A stretch of 54,860 bases of DNA, the filler included, from Bipalium vagum (lineage: Eukaryota), in assembly GCA_037834085.1 (NCBI GenBank). It is 3 parts of 3 records of this genome, joined end to end, with 100 filler letters (N's around TTAATTAATTAA, not from the genome) between each part and the next. Parts side by side here need not be neighbours in the genome. Positions count along the whole stretch, not along the records: positions 1 to 16,880 come from JBBMKC010088790.1; positions 16,981 to 34,356 come from JBBMKC010069438.1; 1 more part is not named here. One strand, given 5' to 3'. This document shows, piece after piece, positions 12,229 to 24,678 of the stretch (position 1 is its first letter; each line of letters opens with the position of its first letter). Below the pieces are notes generated by a model. It ran no database searches, had not been told where the DNA came from, and saw only the letters and a list, made by a program, of their open reading frames with translations. Both the position numbers and the translations under genes were made by a program.

Positions 12229-14436
12229 CCGTAAATACGCGAGTATACAGCGAGATTTTTAAGCTGCAATTTAAGTGAAATTTGGGGAGTCGCGGCATTC
12301 TCGAGACACAACAATAATTTAATTTATTGGACACTGATTTCAGATGTCGGAAACTTTAGAAACTTGTTACGATAGCTATGGATCGAAATCGATCGTTTGT
12401 TGGCTCAAAAGACAAAATATTCACATGTTAATAAGAATGGATTCTGAAGTTCTCATGTTTCGAAACCACCATAAACAAATGACCGATATAGACCGCTTTC
12501 CTGTTCACCGCACATTGAAAATCAATAATACGACCGCGTGTTTCATATTTCAGAGACCACCCACGATGCTATGAATATGAATGATGCGCGAGACTATACA
12601 TACATCCTTAAATTGCCAGTTTTAACAAATAAATTCTTGTATAATCTGGTTCGTGTCATTATTTTGTATATTTACAGAATATCGATAGTATTAAAAATTT
12701 GAAATAAATTAATAAGCAAGCCTTTAGAAAATGAGTCAGAAGAGACAACGATCGTCATATGATGCATCTTCCAAATTACGAGTGGTAGAAGCAGCAAAAT
12801 GTAGCAACAATTCTGCAGCAGCTCGTCAATTTGGCGTTTTGGAAAGTACGATTAGAGACTGGAGAAAATTGAAGAATGAATTGATCATAATGCCACCACA
12901 TAAGAAGGTCTGCAGAGGATTATCATCTGCAAATCCCGAACTTGAGAAGTGGCTTTCGGAACACCGAAATAATGGATATGCAGTGTCACGTACCTCCATC
13001 CGATTGCAAGCATTGCGACTAAAGAAGTATGGAGAGTTCAGTAGTAGTGCTAACTTTATAGCTTCAGCAGGTTGGTGTACCCGTTTCATGGAACGCCATG
13101 GACTGACATTGAGACAACGGACAAAACTCTCCCAGAAACTGCTGAAGGATTTGGAAAACAAAATTAACAGTTTCCACAGATTTGTAATCAAGTTACGAAA
13201 ATGTCACAATTACGACCTTGGAAATATTGGAAACATGGACGAAACACCTATGACCTTTGATTTGCCAGGAAATCGTACAGTTCATGCCAAGGGAGAGAAA
13301 ACCGTTCTTGTGAATACTACCGGACACGAGAAGACGCATTTTACGGTCGTCCTTGCATGTATGGCAGATGGGACAAAATTGAAGTCACTGATTATTTTTA
13401 AGCGGAAAACTCTACCGAAGAATTCGAAATTCCCAATTGGCGTAATTGTCAGAGCTCAACAGAAAGGTTTGATGGATGTAGAAGGTGTTCAATTTTGGAT
13501 GAAAAATATATAGGATCGTAGACCTGGAAGTATGCGGCAGAGGCGGTCACTTTTGTTCTGGGATATGTTCAGTGCCCATCTAGAAAACAATGTGAAATGT
13601 GCCGCCATACGTGAGTGCACAGACATATGTGTTATACCTGGTGGCTTGACATCGCAGCTTCAGCCTCTTGACGTATGCCTGAAAAAACCATTTAAAGATC
13701 GAGTCCGAAAGATGTGGTCGGACTGGATCTGTTCTGATCAGATGAAAAATACTAAAAGTGGCCTGCCCCAACGACCAGATATCATTCTCGTTTCTCATTA
13801 GGTAAAGGATGCTTGGGATTCCATACCATCTGACATGATTCAAAAGTCTTTTCAAAATTTTTTTTTCATCAGCAATGCTTTGGACGGAACTGAAGATAAC
13901 ACCATATATCAAGACGAAGATGAAGACGCGGACGAGGAGGAAATCAGCAGTACAACACTACAGAACTGGCGCAAGAAGAAATGCAACTACTGTTTGCAAG
14001 TGATGAATCGGACACGGAATACGAAGGATTTTAGGAAAGTTTTAATTTATTAAACTAAATTTCACAACTTTCTCTAAATATTTTTAAAAGAATTAAATTG
14101 AAAAAAAATAAAAACTTTTAGTCAGAACGCACCTACTTGTGATTATATTTTGTATTTTTGTTTCTATGTTTATTATATATAATATCACGATTCCCTAGTT
14201 AAAGCTGGTAGAATTATCGCTCAATGTGTGCTTATCGTTACGATGTGGTTAAGAGATTTCAATGTAAAGTTAATGGTGTTTTGAAAAAATATATATTTTA
14301 CCGGTTCACAATACATAGCATTTGGCCAATTTTTACTCTCGCGATATACTAGCGTTTTGCATTTTTAAATACTTTTTCACCCAATTTTGTATGTCTCGCG
14401 TTATAGTCGGGTGGCGTTATACTTGCGTATCTACGG
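12229..14436 (+). mobile_element. pogo/Tc2-group (POGK-like) DNA transposon, 2208 bp, full-length with TIRs and TA target-site duplication
   Basis: Left TIR CCGTAAATACGCGAGTATA; right TIR (reverse complement) CCGTAGATACGCAAGTATA; TA on both sides (12227-12228 and 14437-14438). CG-rich subterminal repeats and an internal transposase. Confidence 0.95.
12731..14053 (+). pseudogene. pogo transposase (Brinker-type DBD + CENP-B/Tc5 HTH + DDE_1), disrupted
   Basis: ORFs 12731..13513, 13532..13801 and 13835..14053 share one frame, separated by TAG stops at 13511-13513 and 13799-13801. Motifs: YDASSKLRVVEAA, FIASAGWCTRFMERH, GNMDETP, LLFWDMFSAH, IPGGLTSQLQPLDVC, ISNALDGTED plus an acidic tail. Confidence 0.93.
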
Positions 14437-14914
14437 TATCTTGTTGATACATACAATTTTTAAATTCAAGTTGAAACAATTTTAATTCAAATTTGTTTTT
14501 TTATTAAATTATGACATCATTCTAGCACATTCGGAGAAATTTTATTTCATATTTTGAAACCATCATTTACAGTTGTCTCTAGTAATTGTATCTAGTTCTT
14601 TAATTAATTATTAATTATAACCAAACATTTACTGACTGCTTCGCTTTCAACATATTCAAAAAATTATTTATATACCCATAAATGAGCTACATTTGTAAAT
14701 CCTGATAATTTTAGGTAATTCTGTATCATTATTAATAATTTTATACTGTTTATTTTGTGCACCCTCTTCATTGATACACTCATAATCTTCGTAACAGTCT
14801 GAACTATTCCTGATCTAATCTAAAAATGAAATTGATAAAATACGAATTTGAATAAAAAATGTAATAATTGGACCTAAAATTGTTCCAACTTGAAATAAAA
14901 ACCCTGTCCAACCT

Positions 14915-15600
14915 CTTTCGTAATTTTATATAACTTGAACCAACTAATGACTGATATTCACCTTAAGTTAATTCTAATTTCTTTAATATACTTTAACGAC
15001 CAATCAGAACCAGTAAATTCTTCTTCCTCTTATAATTATATCTCGAAAAACATTTTTAGATGCATTTTCATTTTTACTGTAATCTTATTTTTTATAAAAT
15101 TTTTTATATTCACATTTTATTTTAATTTGAAAAACAAATTTAATTTAATAGCATAAAATAATTTTAATAAATTTACCTCTTCTCTTAATTCATATAGAGA
15201 TTTTAACTTTTATTTAATTCATACTTTGATTCGGAAATTTTAATTATCTGATAATTATAAAATACTTATCTAAATCAGAAAAAACTAAAAAATCATTTAG
15301 ACAAAATTTTATTTACTAAAATCCTAAATAACGACATGCTACTACTCCTAATGTATTCACCTTGTTTTCCTAACTATTCACTAATAATTAACATTTTACG
15401 GATTAAAACAAAAACTTCGTATTTCTGTTCTTAAACTTATCTTCAATCATTGATAACTATTCCTTTCAATTTATTTATTCATGTTCTCACTTCATATTTA
15501 TTCTTAAATCATGAAAGTAGGAATTCCATTAAATATTTAATTAAAATGTATTTTTTTGGACAATTTATTTATTTCTTACCATTTTTTCATAAATTAAATG
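14915..15600 (-). pseudogene. Polinton/Maverick protein-primed DNA polymerase B, N-terminal remnant
   Basis: The minus strand of 15029-14915 reads EEEEFTGSDWSLKYIKEIRINL/(+1 frameshift)GEYQSLVGSSYIKLRK. This matches the recalled Maverick pPolB motif E…GSGW-x-L-x-x-I…INI-x-x-Y-x-PL-x-GSSYI-x-LP. The flanks are decayed and the polymerase core is absent. Confidence 0.7.
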
Positions 15601-15894
15601 AAGTTTCATATTTTTGTTTCTGACAAAGTTTGAAAACATCTCCAGAAATTCATTTTAGTTTTAATTATGGTCAATTATTGATGAAAAGTAAACATTCCAA
15701 TTCAAAGCTATTTTCACTTATCATTATTTTAATCAATTTAATTGCTCAAAAAACCAAAGGTAAAATGAAAAATTTATATCGAAAAAAAAGGAAATCTATT
15801 TTATCAATCAATCAATCAATTTATCGATTTTCTGATCATGATCACAAATCAGATTTCACTGAAAATTAAAAACAGCAAATAACCTTACAAAAAA

Positions 15895-16359
15895 TCAAAT
15901 CTTCAAAGCGGTGACATAATGAATGAGATATTCGTTCTTGATTAATCTGGCCAGCTCTTCTGCTTCTTGTAACTTGTCTATTTTCACCAAAAGCTTCACT
16001 CTTTTGTCAGGTTCAATTTTGTCCATGTATTTGTTCAAATTTTCGACATTTTTGTATTTGGCACATATCTCCCCGATATCGTAAAACGTGACGGGCATCT
16101 TCCGGTTCCATTTCGATATAGTTGAATTAAACTCTTCCCAATTGTTTGTCTTTGCACATACTTTTAGCTTTCTCCAATAAAACTGACGATCTGATATTTT
16201 CATTTTCTGCTTAAACGATTCTGCCCGTTCGTAAAGTTTGTGCTTAAAAAGCAAGGACAAATAACCATGTATGGAATAATTGCAACCGAGAACATCGATC
16301 TCGGTATTTTTTGCGCTGGTCATTAAACTTTGAGTTAGTATTTTTTCATCGTCCATTAT
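15895..16359 (-). CDS. VPS16: Vacuolar protein sorting-associated protein 16, terminal exon (Vps16_C)
   Basis: ORF 15895..16356 behind the acceptor 'ttttatag'. RAESFKQKMKISDRQFYWRKLKVCAKTNNWEEF…PVTFYDIGEICAKY…DKRVKLLVKI…EAEELA aligns with the Vps16 C-terminal pattern (RAEQL…FRIPDKRLWWLKL…DWEELE…PIGYLPFVEIC…). Confidence 0.88.
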   Translation of the reverse strand: MMDDEKILTQSLMTSAKNTEIDVLGCNYSIHGYLSLLFKHKLYERAESFKQKMKISDRQFYWRKLKVCAKTNNWEEFNSTISKWNRKMPVTFYDIGEICAKYKNVENLNKYMDKIEPDKRVKLLVKIDKLQEAEELARLIKNEYLIHYVTALKI

Positions 16360-16675
16360 CTATAAAATCTTGCTTAATATTTTAAACTCGTTTATAATTC
16401 AATACAATCAATAATTAACATTAATCATATTTTAAGACATTGAAAAATTAAAATTCAAAATAATCTGTAATAATTAGAAGTTAATTTCAAAAAGAATTTC
16501 AATTTAAACTATTGAAGAATTGGTAGTCAATAAAAATTTTAAATGACCAATAAAATCATTAAATATAGTTTTTCATTGTTATTTTATTAAGAAAATCTAT
16601 TTTTTATTGATATTTTTTATTCATTATAAAAATTATATTTTTTAATTAATTTTCAATTTAAACTATAAAAAATAT

Positions 16676-16880
16676 ACAGTTTAGTCCGGTTATTACAAAA
16701 AATCAGTTATTACGAAAAATAATTTTGGCAATGGCGCCTAGGTGAATAATTATGTGGTTTTATACCGGTCATTCCGAAATCGGTTAATCCGAAAAGTCAT
16801 TTGTTACGAATTTTTTTGAGCCACATAAACGAAAAATATAAGTATTCTATACCGGTTATTACGAATTTCATTATTTCAAG
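16676..16880 (+). mobile_element. Tigger/pogo-like MITE end with subterminal repeats, truncated by a gap
   Basis: TA-CAGT terminus followed by repeated CCGGTTATTAC(G/A)AA-like units (about five variants). Confidence 0.55.
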
Positions 16881-17012
16881 NNNNNNNNNNNNNNNNNNNN
16901 NNNNNNNNNNNNNNNNNNNNNNNNTTAATTAATTAANNNNNNNNNNNNNNNNNNNNNNNNNNNNNNNNNNNNNNNNNNNNAATAATAATTACTAATTTTA
17001 TTTAATTAAAGA

Positions 17013-18147
17013 GTAGGGTTTTTGTCTTTCACAAATCCTTACATAAAAAATAAAAATTAAATTAAATTAAAAACACAAAAATAATCACAATTGTCAATAA
17101 ATAAATGTTTATTGTGGGATACTCCACACAATTACAAATACTAAAATTAGGCACTGTAAGTATAAGTATTCTTGTATAAGCATGACTAATACACCAAAGC
17201 TAAAGTGACCTCACGAACGTTTTTGAAAATCTATTCTCATAAAGGACTCTCTGTTAGCCAATGCTAAAAATGGTTTAGCAAATTTAAAGATGACAATATA
17301 AGTCGTAAAGATCTTGAAGTTGAAAACCTAAAGAAATTGATTGAAGAGAACCCAAAGCAAAAGTCTAAAGAAATGGTCACAATTTTCGATTGTCATGCGA
17401 AGACGATAAGAATTCACTTATTTGAAATGGGGAAATCATATAGAGCCGGAAGATGGGAATCGTATGATTAATTGGAATGCAAACCTCATAAGACATGATT
17501 CAGATCCATTTTAAAAAAGAATTGTGGCAACTGATAAAATGTTGGTTAAATACACTAATCCTGATTATCGCAAGCAATTTTTATCGTGAAAAAAATCCAT
17601 TTGCCCCCTCCAAACCAGGCCTATTCTCAAAAAAAGGTTCTATGGTCTTTTTGCTAGGAACTCTTGAAAATGACATATTTTTAACTTTGAACGTTACTGC
17701 GAACAATTAAACAGTATATACAGCGCTCTTCAAAATAACAAGATCCACTTTTATTATCAGAAAAGAGATTATTTTTCAGTATAGTAATGCTAGACCCTGC
17801 GTATCAAAAATGACTAACAGAAATTAATAGAAATTATGAAGTCCAGCCACATACAACAGATAACTCAGATATCGCGATTACGGATTGTCATCTGTTTCGT
17901 TCAATGTCTCACTTTCCTTAAGGAGAAAAATATGAAAACCTGTCGACATGAAAAATGACACAAATATTTTTTAATGAAAAAGGTACTGACTTTTATTCCA
18001 ATGACGATCATTTTTTGATATTACATAGATGGCAGAGAGTAGTTGACAACCATGGAGAATATTTAATCAATTAATGTTTTTATGTTGTTATACTAATAAA
18101 AATTATTTTTGTTGATTATGGCCCATAATTAAATTGGAATCCTAATA
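17013..18147 (+). mobile_element. Decayed mariner element
   Basis: Fragments KWFSKFKD…LIEENPKQ…TIRIHLFEMGK…GRWESYD (WVPHEL-like), FQYSNARPCV, DIAITDCHLFRSMSHFL, RWQRVVDNHGEYL. TIR-like end …ggaatcctaa-TA. Left boundary uncertain. Confidence 0.85.
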
Positions 18148-18750
18148 TATTTCTAATGTTTTAAATGATTACAATTTCAATAGTTTTTTATTTAAGTCAA
18201 TCAAAAATTACGAAATGCCTTTACGCAACCCAATAATTAATACTAATAATAATAATACTTCTTTTTCTTTATTACACATAGTATTATCTATCTATCTATT
18301 ATTATTATTATTTATTATTACATTTTAAGATTATGTCAACTACTTCTCAGATTAAATGTAAAGGTAATTTAACAATAATTTGCAAATATAGAAATAAATA
18401 ACAATTTTATATTAAATTAAAATTATTACGTTTTAAAATACAAAATGGTAAGCGTACATAAATTAGAAATATAAATATCATTAATACTGATTTTCCCCTA
18501 GAGTTCTTCTCATTCATGAGTAATGAGATCTAACAAGTTGATCTTGATCTGACTTCAAATAATATATTAATAATTAGGTAAGAAGGAAACCAATACTCAA
18601 TTTGTAAGATTAATAGTTCCATAACGAAAGTGCAATCTCCAACCTAAGTCATGTAATGACATCCCTTAATGCAAGACTAAATACCAATAGTGAAATTTTA
18701 ACCAGAGACTATAAGAAGACAAAAGCAATAGTAAGAAATTCTCTCCCCAC

Positions 18751-18844
18751 CTGAATTTTTTCCTTTGATAGCGCACCATGATCTTGCGAATATTTTCTTA
18801 ACGATGATAGATTATGCTCTGCAATGTTTTGACAGTAGTTTACT
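18751..18844 (-). CDS. Possible penultimate VPS16 exon
   Basis: Open frame VNYCQNIAEHNLSSLRKYSQDHGALSKEKIQ ending at 'cag|gtgggg', which joins in phase 0 to the VPS16 terminal exon. The acceptor is weak. Confidence 0.4.
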
Positions 18845-21498
18845 CTTTGACATTAAATTTTTGATTTGTTTCAGCTTTTATAAATATATAATGTAAATAG
18901 ATTATGTTCGCAACACTTGTTACTTTATTAATATTTACATTTGAAAAATTTATTTTTAGTAACATTTTCATTTTGAATTTTTAAATTAAATTTTGATTTT
19001 TTTCATTGTTTTAATTTTGGTTTTAAAAAAATTATAAAACATTTAAATTTTTTTCCCTTGCTGTTTATTTTTATATCTTTAAACGTTTAACTGAATATTT
19101 AGTATGGGGAAACCAGTTTTTGTAAACAGAACTCTAAAATACAAAATTACCTTCTATTTTCACGCTATCGTTGGGAAATTATGTATAAAATATAAAATAA
19201 CGGAGAAATTTGTTAGGAACACATTTTTATAATTCTCTTTTACTTGCATACTCTTACAAGAAATAATTATAAAAATATTTTTTTTCCTCAAACACTGATT
19301 TTCTATACTATATAAAAAAATTTGTACATGTTTTACTAGTGATTTTTCCCTTTTTTTATATATTTTATATTTGTTACATAAATTCCAAAAATTCCAAAAT
19401 GAAAAAAGTCAAATTTTCTCTTAAAAAATTGAAAATCAAACAAGAACATCAAGGCTTCGAATAAACTCAAATAATGTTACTGATGAAGAAACACTGAAAA
19501 CAACGAATAGATTTCTTCAAAACAGGAATTATGAAATATTCATAAACATCATCAACAATAACAATCAAAATGACAACCAATTAACAATTTTATTTTTTCA
19601 GAATACGTATCTTTATTCTTTAAACATCTCTTTAGTTCATTATATAAATATTGTTAAAGTTGTAACTTTGGATTTTCTATTTCTATGATATTCATTATAT
19701 TTTATTTTCTGGAATATTTCTATATTGTGTAACATTCAATTTATGACAATTTTTACTTTAATTTTTTGTGGAATAATACTCAAGTATAGGTTTTATTTGA
19801 GAATATTGTGAGCATTTTCAGAAATTACAACATACATCAATTTGATAAGTTTTGAATTTTAAATTTAACACTTTTTAAAAGAAAAAAATGAAAATTATTA
19901 TCTCATATTAAATTTAATTACTTGAAAGTAACGAGGAATTTTAATCAATAATTATTTATTATTTTAGAATGATACGAGTACTGATACTATCTTATTTATC
20001 TTTTATTATTAAATTGTTGTAAACCTGAAATATAATTATTTTGTTTTAGACTTGTACCATTTGAAAGAATGAAAGTTCTAAAAGAATATTTAGATGTATC
20101 TAGATTCGATATATTATATAAACAAAAAATCGATTAAATATCAATCTAATAATTAAATCTAATTTTATTTATATGCAACTAATTTAATATTAAATAAGTG
20201 CGATTTAGATTGTACTTGTATAATCGCCGGTTTCCTTTCTCAGCACCTAATAGAGAAGTTATTGATGTATTTCTATTTGATTAAACTATTTTATTATCAA
20301 GAAAAATCAATAAAACACCATATGGTAACATACGATGGTAATATAATATAAATGATAATCATTATTTTCTTATAAATGAATTATTCATTTAAATAAATTG
20401 TTAATTCACTTTCTTCTTTCATAGTTGTCCATGTTCAATGTTTCCTTGGTTATTTTCCTAGTTTTTTTTGACAAATTTCCCACAAAAAATATGCAGGTAA
20501 TTATGAATAATTTTGAAATTATAGGAATACCCCATTCAAAAAGCTTAACAATTTTTAATAAAACTAATTGAAACTTTCAAATGTCTTATCTTCACATTTG
20601 TTTCATTCACTTCAGAGGAAAATAAAAATTTAGATTAAATTATAATATAAATATTACTAAAGATTTTTATTTTTAGAAAATATTAAATTTAATTACTTTA
20701 TGAATTAAATTTAATTAAAATAAATTGCAGCTTAGTTCAGAAAATTCTTTATTAACAAGAATTTCAATTTATAAAAAATAGAAAATGTAAAATGAATTTT
20801 AATCATTTCAGTTCAAAATATAATTAGCCATCATTTCCTTTTAAATTTAGATTAAAAAACGTTTAATAAATTTATTAATTTATACTATAGGAAATATATT
20901 TTATTTAAATTATTTGTTTTGTTTAAAATAATTATTATGAATTAAATTCTTTTGTTTAAATTGTTCATTTTATTCAAATTATTTTAAAATTATGATTTCG
21001 CGTGATTTAAAAAGATATAAAGATTTAAAGAAAATTTAAGTTGAAATATATTTTTAATTTAATATTTTTTTTATTAAAGTGACATATGGTAATATAATTT
21101 TAGTAATTTTACAAAAGATCATTAATATTTGATTTTTTGATTTTAATGAAAAACAAAGAATTGTACTTAAACAATTTATTTCGTATTAATATTAAGAATG
21201 TAATAATAAACACCAAAATATGTAGGTGAATACCAAACATATCAAAAGTTAGGTTTGAACTTGAGAAAATAATTATATCCGTTATAAAACTGTGATATTG
21301 ATATTATTCTTATTATAACATTAATAATGATGTAATGTAAGTAATTCTTTTTCAATTTTTTGTTAGCCCCTCTGATTTTATTCTTAAATAACCAATGACT
21401 AAAGTATTTGTGATTAAAATAATTAGTTTAAACAACGGGGACTTCAACCGTTTGAGCTCAAAACTTTAGTAAAATATAGTTTTTAGTTGAAAATTAAT

Positions 21499-21571
21499 CG
21501 GAGATACTGGGATTCGAGCCCAAGGCCTTTTACATGCGCGTGAACTGTTCTGACCGCAAAGCTATATACAA
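21499..21571 (-). pseudogene. tRNA-Ala(CGC)-derived pseudogene or SINE head
   Basis: Minus strand TTGTATATAGCTTTGCGGTCAGAACAGTTCACGCGCATGTAAAAGGCCTTGGGCTCGAATCCCAGTATCTCCG. It keeps an A-box-like TAGC…GG, a CGC-AT anticodon loop, a T-arm TTGGG-CTCGAAT-CCCAG and an Ala-type 3' end ATCTCC. The acceptor and anticodon stems are mismatched. Confidence 0.7.
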
Positions 21572-22996
21572 CGACCGATTTTCAATTTATCTCACATCCC
21601 CATCCTGTAAAGCTCATACCCAGACCCGTAATCGCCCCGAGTCTCTTCTTTCCATTTCCTTTTCCTTTACTTCGCTTTTCTTTATAAATTATTTTTTAAT
21701 CACATAAATCAATATTTTTCAAAAAAGTGACTTAAATTTATTTATCGAATTACATGACATTTCTCCTCAATATCATCTGACAATATCCCAATCTGGCTTA
21801 CAATTATATCTAATATTATTATTGTTAAAAATACGATCTTGAGACTGTACCTGTCTATTCAAGATCAAGTTTCTCAGAGATCAATAATAATATTTCTCAT
21901 TCATTCAAATGTTTCGATTGCATTCATTTGGTAAAAGAATAAATTGAAACTTGTATTGAATAATCTGAAATATATTTTTATTTTTTTTCCATTATTTTTA
22001 TTTTATTATAATAAATTTTAAAAAAAAACAATATTACATGATTGAGAAATTTTTCTCATTCTTTCAATTAAGGATTAATTAAAAAGAAAAAGTGAAAATA
22101 TTTTTTTTGTTTTTCTCTATGTATTTAATATTTATATATAAATTTTTAAATATATAAAAAAATATTCTACCAAATATAATATTTTTAATTAATTATATAT
22201 AAATCAATTGAAAGACAATTTGTTATTAGAAAATTTTATTGTCTATTAACAGCCAGTCAAATTCACGCAAATTAATTGATTTTGAAAATACATAATTATA
22301 GATTTCATTTTAATAATTATTATTCTCTACGGTTGAAATAATACAATTAAAATTGTTTCTAATTAAAATCGGATCTGAAACCATCTTGACATTGGTAAAC
22401 AGATGGAACGTTATTTAGATTATTATAATATTAAGAATAAACATTTTGTTGTTAAAAACGATTCTTATTTTTTTTAATTCTTAACTGGCGGTTATCAGGA
22501 ATTTAGAAATGCCGTTTTAGAATATTGTCTATTTTGAATATTTTTGGTAGAAAGAAACCTTTAAAAGCAACGGTTTGAAATATGTATATATTGTTTAAAT
22601 TATTAAATATATTTTATATACAATCAATGAAATTATATACAGCAAACGAATATGAAACTCCAATTTCCTACATATTGTTTGAATTAGCTAATCTTAAGGA
22701 TAAATATCAGCATGGAAACCTAATTATTTTACTAATTATTTTCTAGGAAATAAATCAAATTAAACACCACCTTACATTCTTGTATGAACTTGATTAGTTG
22801 CTTCAAATCCCAAAAATGATTGAAAAAATTCAAATTGGAGAACTAAATAAAATGTTCCGTGAACAATTCTTGGAAGAAAAAACAGCATAAAAACTGAATC
22901 GTGCGTAGAATCCATCGAGATCATATTGTGTCATTCATAATATTTGAAATAGAATTTCTCATTAAATACTGTACGATTTTTGGGATAAATTTACGT

Positions 22997-23060
22997 TTAA
23001 CCCTCAGACGGCTAAAGTAAACTTACACAACAAGCTGGATAGGTACATTTGTACTTATAT
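22997..23060 (+). mobile_element. piggyBac-like terminus remnant
   Basis: TTAA followed by CCCTCAGACGGC…, a typical piggyBac 5' end. No matching partner end found nearby. Confidence 0.3.
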
Positions 23061-23342
23061 TTGTCAAACAACATATTTAAATAATTATTTAAATCAATAA
23101 TAAAATAAATTACTGTCAATAAACAGTTATTAGATTTTCGTGGAAATACATGATTTTTTCACTATATATATACATATATATCATTTAAACCAGCCAAATA
23201 TGGTATCAATATATTCAATGGTTCAATGGTTCTCCTTTACAATGTGAAATAGAATCGAATAATTCTTGGTTTGTGAAAAGATTCGCTAATTTAAGGTTTT
23301 TATTTTATTTTAAAATGAGCATTTTAATAATTTATATTCAAT

Positions 23343-24420
23343 TTGATTATGAGCTTCAGAAAACTTGGTTCATCTTCACTAGCTCAGAAAAGTCATAGAT
23401 TATCATGCGGATTTCTTCAAAAAAATTTTATCATTTTAGTAATGGTTTCAATCAAGCTTTCTAAAGGTAAAACTTATTTACCAAATTATTCAAATCGATG
23501 GCACGTGAACTGTCGAAACGGCGCTTTCGCAAATATGGTGAAATCACAGTTTGGATCGATGAATGGATTTAGTCTAAAAAAGAAAAATAGTTATTTGCTT
23601 TTGCTTTTACATAAGAGGACAGAAAGAAGAACATTAGTTGTCAGCTACGGAAATGAAGTTCCATAAAAGAAAATTCTATATCATTATTGTAAAATAAAAG
23701 GGACGAATTATCTAGAGAGTAGAGCTTTCTACTAGAGTTTATTTCAGCAAGAATACTGCGCAGAACAGGCTGGAGAAGATTAGAGTCAGAAATTATGTTT
23801 TCGATTCATCCCAGGATTTTGATAGCACATATATATGCTAGAAATTCAGATGCTAGCTTTTCAAGAAAATATGTCCCTATTCCATGCTCTTTGACTAATT
23901 TTATCGAAGAATATGCTAACCGAGGATGAAACGCGTTGAGTCTTTATGTTCCATAAAGCAAGCGTGAGTCTCCAAAATATTTTTTTCCAGAGTAAAAAAC
24001 ACAAAAATGCTTCTTTAAAAACATCTGATCGAAAATTTGTCATTCTAGTGTTATGTGGACAGAAATCGGATCTCTTAAAACAAGTTAAATATTTTTTCAA
24101 TGAAAAAGATGTATATTTTTCGAAGATTTTGTCTTCACATTGGTAAATACCTGGAAGCTGGACTTTATATAGAAAAATGGTTCTGTGTATTTATATTTTT
24201 GTATCATTCATTTTTTTAGGACTCTTCGGACTTCCTATATACAACATATACTTGATATGCATAGATTTTGGTCACCAAAATATTTAATTTTTAGAACATC
24301 TAAATACGATAGAAAAGAACTCCTCGTTTATTCTGTTATTCTTGTGTTTAAATAACTAAATAGTAAATATCAATAAAGGTCACAAAATGAAATGGACCTC
24401 TTTTCAAGAATTAACATAAG
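23343..24420 (+). pseudogene. Decayed exon-structured gene, weakly RhoGEF(DH)-like
   Basis: Broken frames with LRKVIDYHADFFKKI, YHYCKIKG, EYCAEQAG…KLCFRFIP, LILSKNMLTEDE…HKASVSLQNI in the order expected for DH helices. Many stops. Confidence 0.25.
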
Positions 24421-24643
24421 TGCAGTGAAATCATAATATAAATATCACATAATAATATTATCATATACAATAATTATAATTTTATATATTTAGACAAAAT
24501 ATAAATATAATTACACTCCTTGATCAAAATGTTAAAATAAATAAATAATTTAGTACAAAACGACAAACCTGGATTTTTCATAAAAATATTTGTTACTAAA
24601 AATATCGGTTCTATTTTTAGAATTGGTAAACCACGAAATCCAG

Positions 24644-24650
24644 TATAAAA
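24644..24650 (+). promoter_or_regulatory. TATA box of cysteine-rich peptide gene copy 1
   Basis: TATAAAA 35 nt upstream of the ATG, conserved in copy 2 (33696-33702) together with the preceding ~70 bp. Confidence 0.65.
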
Positions 24651-24678
24651 AGGAAGGCGAATTATTTTCTTTATAACT

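Larger units (their letters stand above)
8900..15600 (-). mobile_element. Decayed Polinton/Maverick-like endogenous viral element (boundaries uncertain), interrupted by a pogo insertion
   Basis: pPolB N-terminal motif remnant (14915-15029), NCLDV-type HNH remnant (10805-11284), further intronless decayed AT-rich coding-like sequence, and a GC-rich CRE/CCAAT/TATA block at 9370-9525. No paired TIR, integrase or capsid recognised. Confidence 0.6.

Noticed and set aside
12826-13912. Antisense ORFs over the pogo transposase
   Set aside because: Shadow frames of a GC-richer coding strand with no motifs.
16925-16936. TTAATTAATTAA centred in a 100-bp N-gap (also at 34401-34412)
   Set aside because: Identical 44N-linker-44N layout at both sites. 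It is an artificial all-frame-stop scaffolding spacer, not biology.
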